This document shows positions 31,401-39,200 of a DNA stretch of 64,000 nt, piece by piece. Source of the DNA: a bacterium (lineage in GTDB: Bacteria > Bdellovibrionota_C > UBA2361 > CALJRW01); the NCBI GenBank assembly GCA_031385045.1, contig JANNBC010000025.1, positions 1-64,000 on the forward strand, written 5' to 3'. The notes beneath the pieces are model-generated. The model did not search any database, was not told the DNA's origin, and saw nothing but the letters and a program-made list of their open reading frames with translations. Within the stretch, counting starts at the first letter, position 1. Every line of letters begins with the position of its first letter. The position numbers and the translations under genes are program-made.

Positions 31401-33744
31401 CCGAAACTGTAGTTTTTAACCATTCGGCTACATTTCGATCTTGGTAGGTGACATCTAGTACGGAGTCTTGAAATCGTTGACCTAAGCAAAGATCACAGGT
31501 GACATAAACATCACTTAAGAACTGCATCTCTTCTTTTAGATACCCAGCCCCCTTACAGTGTGGGCAGCGACCCCCCTCAACATTAAAAGAGAAAGTTGAT
31601 TTGCTAAAAAGTTTTTGTTTGGCCAAAGGGCTATCGGCTAGTTCTTCTCGAATCATTTCCCAGAGCTTGCTATAAGTGGCAATATTTGAGCGAGGACTTT
31701 TAACAAGTGAACTCTGATCTACTGCTAGTACTTGTTGAAATTGCTCCAGGCCTAGAACAGAAAACTTACTAGATGGATCTTGGCGTTGATTTTCCTGATA
31801 GGCTTTTAGAATAACTTCAATTGCCAAACTACTTTTGCCACTTCCTGAAACCCCAGATAGAACAACTAAGCAGGAGAGTGGTATACGAAGGTCTATTTTT
31901 TTAAGATTCCTGACTCCTTCAACCTTGACAATTAGTTGACTAGGAGAACTTTTGCTATTCTTTTTGGGAGTTACTGGGATAAATTTATGCTTCCAATTAC
32001 TTGGTGGCCCATAGTAAACAACTTCGCCACCTAATTTCCCTGCTTTCGGGCCAAGGTGTAGGATTTGATCTGCTGCTAAGATACAATCGGGATCATGCTC
32101 AACCATTAGGATACTATTTCCACGATTTTTTAATTCTTTTATTGCTTGCATTAAGCGTTCTGAATCCCGTGGGTGAAGGCCAACAGAGGGCTCATCTAAA
32201 ACAAATTGGGTGGAAACTAATTCGCTACCAATTGCCGATACTAGATTGACTCGCTGAGTTTCTCCGCCTGATAAGGTCTTTGCTGGGCGGCTTAAGCTTA
32301 GGTAATCTAGCCCCAGATTGATCATCTGTTTAATCCTAGCAGTGCTTTGTTGAAAAACTGTTTCTAGTTCGAGAGATTTTGATTTGTTAACTAGTGGTTT
32401 TAAACCAGCAATCCAATCTCCTAATTCGTTAATTGGTAGTTCACGGACTTCTGAGACATTCTGATTATTTAATCGAAACAGTAAGGCTTCAGACTTATTG
32501 CCACTTCCTTGGCAATCATCACAAATTACTGGAGAGCGGTATTTAGTAAGGTAGATTCGCACATAAGCTTTATAGGATTTACGCTCAATCTTTTTAAACC
32601 AGGGATTAAGTCCTAAATAACCTTTGCCTTCGTAATTAAAAATTAAATCTTTTTCCTCAGTAGATAACTTACTCCAAGGAAGATTGATTTTAATCTTATG
32701 ATCGGAGGCAAACTTAATTAACTTTTCTTTTAAATTCTGAACGGCTGGTCCTTTCCAACAATCGACGGCATTTTCAATTAATGATAACTCTGGATCGATA
32801 ATAATCTTTTTTGAATCCGGAATTAAATTAGCACCAAAACCTTTACAGTGTGGGCATGCTCCCAGTGGATTATTAGGGGAAAAAAGCCCAGGTTTGGGAA
32901 TTGGGATTTTAATTTCTAAATTATCTTGAGCTGGATCCGAATAGAAAGAAGTAAAACGCTTAAAATTAATCTGTTCATTTTCTGGAATTGCTAGATAAGC
33001 AATTCCTTTTCCCAATTGATATGCCTGTTCAACTGCCTCAATTAAACGATGAGTTTTGCTTTGATTTGGTTTTAAGCGATCGATTAAAATATAAATTAAA
33101 TCTTGATTGGCAAGTTGATTCAAATCTTCTGCTAATTTATACACATTAGCCGAATTGGGAATTAAAAAACGATTGTAACCCATCAGTTGTAAATTGTTTA
33201 CTTGTTCCGCCAAGTCTTTTTTGGAAACTTTTTTGGCAGAGGATTTTTTCTTTGTTGTTAACTGGCAGGGAGCACAGATATATAAATAATCTGTTGCCAA
33301 GTTTAATCCTGAGATTAGTTCTGCGACTTCATTTGGTGAATGCTTTTGTAGAAGTTGTTGGTTAATTGGGGAATAGGGTAGTGCAAAATTGGCGAATAGA
33401 ATTCCAAGATAGTCATTTAGATCCGTTAAAGTTCCTACTGAAGATCGACTAGAATGGATTTTATTTTTTTGTTCAATAGCAATTGCTGGGCGAACATTCT
33501 CACTACTTTCTAAGTCCGGTTTTTTAACTTTGTCTAAGAATTGACGAACATATGAGGAAAACGTTTCTAAATAACGTCTTTGACCCTCGGCATAGATCGT
33601 ATCAAAAGCTAAGGTTGATTTTCCCGAACCGGAGAGTCCTGTAACAGCAATTAACTGATCATGTGGAAGGGTAATACTTAAATCTTTTAAGTTATTTTCT
33701 TTGAGTCCAGTGAGTGATAAATGAAAATGTTTTTGTTCTGACAA
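28483..33744 (-). CDS. uvrA: Excinuclease ABC subunit A, double-length (tandem UvrA-UvrA fusion)
   Basis: Four Walker A motifs (GLSGSGKS, three GVSGSGKS), four signature/DEPS motifs, Zn-finger CxxC pairs; 1753 aa. Confidence 0.95.
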   Translation of the reverse strand: MSEQKHFHLSLTGLKENNLKDLSITLPHDQLIAVTGLSGSGKSTLAFDTIYAEGQRRYLETFSSYVRQFLDKVKKPDLESSENVRPAIAIEQKNKIHSSRSSVGTLTDLNDYLGILFANFALPYSPINQQLLQKHSPNEVAELISGLNLATDYLYICAPCQLTTKKKSSAKKVSKKDLAEQVNNLQLMGYNRFLIPNSANVYKLAEDLNQLANQDLIYILIDRLKPNQSKTHRLIEAVEQAYQLGKGIAYLAIPENEQINFKRFTSFYSDPAQDNLEIKIPIPKPGLFSPNNPLGACPHCKGFGANLIPDSKKIIIDPELSLIENAVDCWKGPAVQNLKEKLIKFASDHKIKINLPWSKLSTEEKDLIFNYEGKGYLGLNPWFKKIERKSYKAYVRIYLTKYRSPVICDDCQGSGNKSEALLFRLNNQNVSEVRELPINELGDWIAGLKPLVNKSKSLELETVFQQSTARIKQMINLGLDYLSLSRPAKTLSGGETQRVNLVSAIGSELVSTQFVLDEPSVGLHPRDSERLMQAIKELKNRGNSILMVEHDPDCILAADQILHLGPKAGKLGGEVVYYGPPSNWKHKFIPVTPKKNSKSSPSQLIVKVEGVRNLKKIDLRIPLSCLVVLSGVSGSGKSSLAIEVILKAYQENQRQDPSSKFSVLGLEQFQQVLAVDQSSLVKSPRSNIATYSKLWEMIREELADSPLAKQKLFSKSTFSFNVEGGRCPHCKGAGYLKEEMQFLSDVYVTCDLCLGQRFQDSVLDVTYQDRNVAEWLKTTVSECQDLLINHLDAFAICQSLNKLGLGHLTLGHPLSQLSGGEAQRLKLVPFIQKATRGDSLLIFDEPSTGLSQEDVKNLLLVFNELIDAGHSIICIEHNQDIILAADQIIDLGPEGGKHGGQVVLEGTPTDFLKKINQTKSLTAKYLQSYVTRYQASKLKFDKEKPSKHDSSKLKIFAAKEHNLKNIDLEIPHNEIVVFTGVSGSGKSTIAKDIVYAEGQRKYLDCLSPYARQFIKELAKPQIASIENLRPTICVYQHTFQPGKLSTLGTVSEIYNFLRLLFAKVGTPYCPDHPEYELSSSSLEQILNKILQFGEQTVKLLVPVIKSKKGHHRPVFIQARKSEIEEVRVDGIFGPVSRFEEGLSRNQVHNIEFVYAKVVPNRIPADLILEAIRDIISLSGGNIIANVAGQDQILSTRRGCPQCNRGYLKPDPEDFSFNSRRGRCVKCSGSGKTATDKICPSCQGTRINQTSLNIKINKKNIFELAKLNSLELANFLEQIKFPEQQLEIADTIISEIKIRTNRLTRLGLEYLPLSRSCQDLSKGELQRLKLANSMGSPLNGVLYIFDEPSAGLHPNDNRKILKEFTTLKDQGNSVYIIEHDQDTINYADHLIELGPGGGRDGGQIIYNGSVKKYPTHKIPQIDWSPNPIENKPLVKISSKAINNIKSLEASFPLQSLVTICGVSGSGKSTFLNNIFLNSIDNLKNLHWKNSLASVTTELAIDRLLVVDQSPIGKNSRSTPASYLKIWDEIRKLLAQMPLAKTRGWGPSYFSYNSATGGRCPECNGTGTQKLEMSFLAEAKIECPLCQGKRYTDETLSIKYLDKNASEIFNLTFEEAKNLFTNYPKIYRLLKSACDLGLGYLTLGQTSTTLSGGEAQRLKLTEELAVTPRGHTLYVFDEPSVGLHQQDVLKLLKVLKDITNRGDSVVLIEHDPLIIKYSDYLIEMGPGAGDLGGEIIFSGPITNIQKSKSLWKKLL

Positions 33745-33774
33745 GGTAATTCGATCTTAGAAAGTTATCTTTGC

Positions 33775-34740
33775 TTATTCTATTGTTTGATTTAAAGCAT
33801 ACGCGGAAAAGGCTGAACCGTAAAATGTAGACTGATCAAATAAAATCTTTTTGCTATTTGTCGCAGTGTCATGGATGGATGTCTTCCATCTCCAGATATA
33901 ATCTTTCTCCATGTGTTTAGCGGAAAGTTCTATCACTAATTTTTGTGAGACGTTAACGTCGATGCCATTTTCAAATGGAAAGAAGACACTGCCGTATACT
34001 TGGTTTTTAGCATCTGGCCCACAGGAATAGGAAACTGTTGAAGTTAGTTCACAGTCAAACCAAGCAAAAAACCCAAATAATGTTTCGTTTGAGCCAGTGA
34101 AGCTTACAGTTGAACGATGAGAATAGTCTTGGATCTTTGTATAATCGAGCTGACACCAGAGGCTTGGTTTTGCTGAAAGCATTTCCTGCTTGATTGGTAA
34201 GGGGTAGAAGGTATTGCAGAGATATTTTTCGTAGGCCTTGGTCGTAAATGGAAATTTTTGGTTTAAAAACGGTCTAACTTTCTGATTGAAAATATTTTTA
34301 TCGCGACAAGGAGCCAAGTAGATCTTATCAATACTTGGTAGAAGTTTACCTGTTGGTTTTAAGAATTTCTCTTGTGCTAATTTCATGATCTTTAAATTAT
34401 CTTCGTAGAAGGGAAGTTTTCCTCTTAAGTCGGCAATAATCAGATCAACTTGCGAAAAATTTAAATTCTCAATTTTTTCTTCATAGAATTCCACTCGGTC
34501 CTCAAATTTATTTTCTTTCACGAGCTCTCGAGCGATTTGAATCGCAGGGTTAGGTTCGACAGCGATTACTTTTTTAGCTCCGAGAGAACATGCCAGGAGC
34601 GTAAAGCCTCCAGTGCCTGCGCCTAAGTCTAGGACAATAGTTTCTGGTGTAATAATTTCCGCTAATGCTTTAGCATAAGCCGGAACTCTTACTGGGTCAG
34701 CTAACATTTGAGAGAAGTGGCGAGGACTATAAGTATTCAT
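33775..34740 (-). CDS. PRMT-fold SAM-dependent methyltransferase (RiPP-associated candidate)
   Basis: HFSQMLADPVRVPAY, VLDLGAGTG, AVEPNP, VDLIIAD, FLKPTGKLLP, GFFAWFDCEL beta-barrel. Confidence 0.85.
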   Translation of the reverse strand: MNTYSPRHFSQMLADPVRVPAYAKALAEIITPETIVLDLGAGTGGFTLLACSLGAKKVIAVEPNPAIQIARELVKENKFEDRVEFYEEKIENLNFSQVDLIIADLRGKLPFYEDNLKIMKLAQEKFLKPTGKLLPSIDKIYLAPCRDKNIFNQKVRPFLNQKFPFTTKAYEKYLCNTFYPLPIKQEMLSAKPSLWCQLDYTKIQDYSHRSTVSFTGSNETLFGFFAWFDCELTSTVSYSCGPDAKNQVYGSVFFPFENGIDVNVSQKLVIELSAKHMEKDYIWRWKTSIHDTATNSKKILFDQSTFYGSAFSAYALNQTIE

Positions 34741-34845
34741 TAGATAGATTATTACTGGTGATCTTTTGAAGGATCAACTGCTAGTCTAGGTTATTAATCA
34801 GATAATGAGAACTAAATTTAGAGTAAGAGAGGATTGGAACAAATA

Positions 34846-34986
34846 CTATGTTTGCATACCAAAAAAATCAGCTGACATTGAGCCACCAAATTTAGTTAAC
34901 TCTTTAAGCGAGCCATATTTAATTAGTTTAGGCTTTTGATAAGTTTTTTTTTCTTTTTTAGTATCTGGGGTTTTCTTATCTTCCAT
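34846..34986 (-). CDS. 46-aa RiPP precursor peptide with lasso-type leader (not in ORF track)
   Basis: MEDKKTPDTKKEKKTYQKPKLIKYGSLKELTKFGGSMSADFFGMQT*; YxxPxLxxxGxxxxxT motif; lies between the RRE and methyltransferase genes. Confidence 0.88.
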   Translation of the reverse strand: MEDKKTPDTKKEKKTYQKPKLIKYGSLKELTKFGGSMSADFFGMQT

Positions 34987-35026
34987 AGGTTACATTATAA
35001 TTTAAAATTTAAGTTATGTGAAGCAA

Positions 35027-35311
35027 TTAAATGAGAGTAATAACCTCGGCTTCCAGTAGGCCTTGAATCAGGTTAATTAAGTCTTGCTGTAAATCTGCTT
35101 CATTAACCTCGTAATCTTCCGCTAGTAATTTAGATGCTTCTAGGATAGAGGAGGACTCTACTAGCCTCATGTAAAAAGCATAGCCGGTGGAATCTAGGCC
35201 ATAGTAGTTGTTATTCTTCAAATTTAGCAACACGCAGGTATCATCAAGTTGTTTAACTAGGACATCGTCTTGAGCTACAACTTGACTTTGTAGATTGATA
35301 TTCACAGCCAT
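35027..35311 (-). CDS. PqqD family RiPP recognition element (lasso B1-like)
   Basis: VLVKQLDDTCVLLNLKNNNYYGLDSTG; LAEDYEV...QQDLINLIQGLLEAEVI. Confidence 0.92.
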   Translation of the reverse strand: MAVNINLQSQVVAQDDVLVKQLDDTCVLLNLKNNNYYGLDSTGYAFYMRLVESSSILEASKLLAEDYEVNEADLQQDLINLIQGLLEAEVITLI

Positions 35312-35316
35312 TTAAA

Positions 35317-36102
35317 TTACTCTAAAGTGTATTTCTCTAGAGAAATATCAATTCCACCTTCGGAGATGTACTTGGCAATGATATTAGCATTAAAGCAACC
35401 AGGGAATTCCGGACAAAGTACAACTGTGAAACTAGAATCTTCTTTAATATCTTCTTTTTTAATTGTTTTGGTAAAGATAATTTCCTCAGGATTTCCTTTT
35501 TTGAAAACCTTTAAAAGTAAGCTTTGATAATCTGTTTCTTCAGTAGAAAAACTACAAAACAATTGACCACTTTGCGGGGCAAATAAAACCTGATCTGATC
35601 CGGCTTGGTACGCTGGTATATTCTTGCCTTTAAGTTCGCAGTTACCAGAAAATAGACCTGTCACAATATTTGTTTCTTCGTAAGTTGGAGGTAGCACAAG
35701 ATCAACTGGTAATGGCTCAGTTGGTAAATTAGCCTCAGAGGCAAATGTTAATGTCGCATTTAAGCAGTCCTGAATCCCATCACGAATTAATTGCTTGGTG
35801 GCTATTTGGGATTCCATTTTCCGCTTAAGTTTATTACTAGACTCTTTTTTTAGGTCAGCTTTTAGAAGTTTGATTTCTTTTACTACCTGTTTTCGAAGTT
35901 TTAGGGCTTGGCGGTCAGTAAACTCCCGGACATTTTTTTCCAGTCCATCCTGTGTAAAAGTTTTAATCAAGACAGAATTGCTATTTTCTTTGCAAAAATA
36001 AGACTTAGTTTTACTAATTATTGCAATTCTTTGATCTTCAGCCTGGGCACTTAGACTTAACAAAAGGACTAATGGTAATATGTATTTTAGTTTTATGTTC
36101 AC
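35317..36102 (-). CDS. Secreted hypothetical protein
   Basis: Signal peptide ending AQA; basic coiled segment between Cys residues; 5 bp from the RRE gene. Confidence 0.75.
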   Translation of the reverse strand: MNIKLKYILPLVLLLSLSAQAEDQRIAIISKTKSYFCKENSNSVLIKTFTQDGLEKNVREFTDRQALKLRKQVVKEIKLLKADLKKESSNKLKRKMESQIATKQLIRDGIQDCLNATLTFASEANLPTEPLPVDLVLPPTYEETNIVTGLFSGNCELKGKNIPAYQAGSDQVLFAPQSGQLFCSFSTEETDYQSLLLKVFKKGNPEEIIFTKTIKKEDIKEDSSFTVVLCPEFPGCFNANIIAKYISEGGIDISLEKYTLE

Positions 36103-36251
36103 TTTCTTTTGATTATAGCCTACTAATTGAGTTTCTTAAATAATCTTTTTTGATTGTTAGAACCTTAATTTAAGGTGTATAATAAGATTATTAAGTTCAT
36201 TTCGGTTTATTAAAGTATTACTTTAATTCTGCCGAAAGTCATTACTATATA

Positions 36252-39200
36252 ATGTCTCATAAGTCGTTTCTCGCTCTTTTTTTATTTTTCCTAGCTAATC
36301 TGCTGGAAGCTCAGGCTCCAGGGAACGTTACAGCTAACTTTCCGCTTTGGTTAAAGGCTAATGCTGGGACGTCTACCACAACAGATGGTGTGGGTGTTCA
36401 GACATGGACGGATCAGGCAACAGCATTGGGAGGAAGTAATAATGCTACTCAAGCTACAGCAGCCAATCGACCACTCTATAAAAGTCTTACTCCAATTAAT
36501 TTTAATCCTTACATTCGTTTTGATGGAGTTAGTGATCGCTTTCAGATTGCCTCCAATACTAGCATTAATAACGTAGCCAGTCTTACTAAGTCTGTATATT
36601 ATGCCTTTCGAACTGGTAGTAGCGTGATTTCTCCTGTCAGGCAGTTAATTTATAAAGAACGAAATCATCAGTCGGGTTTTAACTTATACCTATATAACGG
36701 GAATCTTTACTGTTCAGCTTTTAAAACAAATACAGCACCAACATGGCCATGGAAGGGGAATAGTGTTGCCGCCACGCCTAACACTACTTATGTTGTAAGT
36801 TTTATTATGAATGGGACTGCAGCTAATGCTGGAACGATTGCTTGCTATGTTAATAGTTCTCAGTTTGCGAATCTTACAGGTGTTGGTCAAATTCAAGCTG
36901 TAAATGCCATTAGTAATATAGGTTCTAGAGAATTACGAACGAACTATGAAGGTGTTCAGGTTGCAAATGCTAATGCTGATTTTTCCGCCGTCGATTTTAG
37001 CGAAATTGCTTATTATAATGCTGCTCATACAACGGCAGAGCGCAATAAAATTGAGTCCTATCTGGGGGTAAAGTATGGAGTAACTCTTAATCAAACTGTT
37101 GCTAATAATTACACCAACAGTGCTGGAACTGTAATTTTTAATGCTACAGGTACGCATAATTCTTATCGCAATGATATTGCCGGTATTATGATTGATACAA
37201 ATTCTGGCCTTAGTCAATTACAGTCGAAATCTGTCAATACTGATGCAATCGTAACAATGTCCACAGCTTCTGCCATGGCGAATACTGAATCACTGCTCTG
37301 GGGGAATGACAACGACGATAATGGTGTGATTCAGGAAATCTATACGGGGATTCCTGCTGGCGTTGCCGCTAGATTAGATCGAGTTTGGAGAGCCGATCAA
37401 ACTGGTGATGTTGGGACTGTTACGATCACTTTTAACTTAAATGGCATTGCAGTGTCTGGAACCTCTGCCAGTCAATTTCGTTTGCTGGTTGATTCGGTTA
37501 ATAGTGATTTTACATCAGGTGCTACCCAAGTAAATGCTGCCACATATTCTGGTGGAATTGTAACTTTTAATAATGTTGATTTTACTGGGGATGATTATTT
37601 TACATTAGTAACTTATGTCACACCTAGTCCTCCTACCGTTACGTTAACTACTAATTCTAGTACTATTTTGGAAAATGGTGGGGTGGCAACTCTGACAGCA
37701 ACCCTAAGTAATATTTGGACATCCGCCGTAACTGTTAATTTAAGTTATAGTGGAACAGCTACAAACGTGACTGATTATTCTAGATCAGGAGCATCTATTA
37801 CAATCCCTATTAATTCCTTAAGTGGTTCAGTTACGCTTACGGCAATTGATGATGCTTTTAGTGAAGGAGCGGAAACTGTCATTACCGATATTAGTTCGGT
37901 TTCTGGAGGTGGTACGGAGAGCGGGGTGCAACAAGTTACAGTCACTATTACTGATGATGAGCCTGTTAATAATGCTTGCAGTGGTCAGGAGCGTATATTC
38001 ACTACGGAATTAGCAAGTGGTGATGTTAATACTTATAGTATTGCTGGGGTTTATCAAGCAACCTCAACCTCAGCCTATACTCAAAACTATGAAATGATAA
38101 TCGATCCAGATAATAATTATCGTTATCTAGCATCCTATGGCAACCTTCGAATTACTAGAGCTAACTTTGATGGAACAGGGGAGATAACTCTTTTTAATAC
38201 ATCTCTGTATTCAGCAAATCCTCCTTTTCAAGTTACAATTAATCCAAACCAAGGCAAAATTTATTGGACAGATTGGGCAGCAAATACAGCTAACATTTTT
38301 TGTGCCAATCTTGATGGTACGGGAACACCAGTTGCCATCGCTACGGGATTAAATTACCCGACTGGTATGCAGATCGATAAAAACACAGGGCGTTTATATG
38401 TTTACTTTGGTCTTAATGCGCCTATTACCTTAACTACAGCTCTGACTAACGGAAGTTGTGGTGCAATTACTTTAGCAACACTTTTAAATACGGGACTAGA
38501 CTTAGCTTATAATTTAACAATCGATCCTCCAGGAAATCGACTTTTCTTTGTAGATTACAACTCACAAACGATCAAAAAGGTTAATACAGATGGTACTTCT
38601 TTAGTTACTCTCCGAACTTTAACTGCTCCTGGGGACCAGATGCGGGATATCGTTTATAATAAGAATACTAATAACCTTTACTGGGTTCACACTAATGGTG
38701 TGATTCAGCGAGCCTTGGCCGATGGAACTGGTGGGATTACAACTGTTGTTGCCAGTGGTCAGCCTGATAGTCGTTCGATTGATATTTGTGTTGATGATGC
38801 TGCTCCACGTCTAAGTCGTTTTTATAGTACTTCAGCTAACAGTCGCTATTGTCCGATTGTTCCAATTAATAGCATTGATATTCGTGCGGTTTATGATGAA
38901 TCGGTTGTTGCAGGTTCGACGATCACGGTGCAATTAAACAATGGGGCGAATGTCGTTTTGAGTTCAATCACAGGGAATGAAATATCTGGAACTTATACTG
39001 TCGGTGCTACTGGTAGTGGTCAAACAATTGCTGATTTATCTGTTGCCAGTATTGTTAGTGAGTCTGTTTTAGATGTTAATAATAATACGCGAGTTAATTC
39101 TACAGTTCCAGCTAGTCCAAATAACTTAGGAGATTCTTCCAATATTGTTGTTGATACTTCTGCTCCTGTGATTACAGAAGTAACGCCCGTAGCTTCTCCA

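Noticed and set aside
35027..35311. PqqD as part of PQQ biosynthesis
   Set aside because: No pqqB/C/E, and the adjacent peptide has a lasso-type leader rather than the ExxxY PqqA core.
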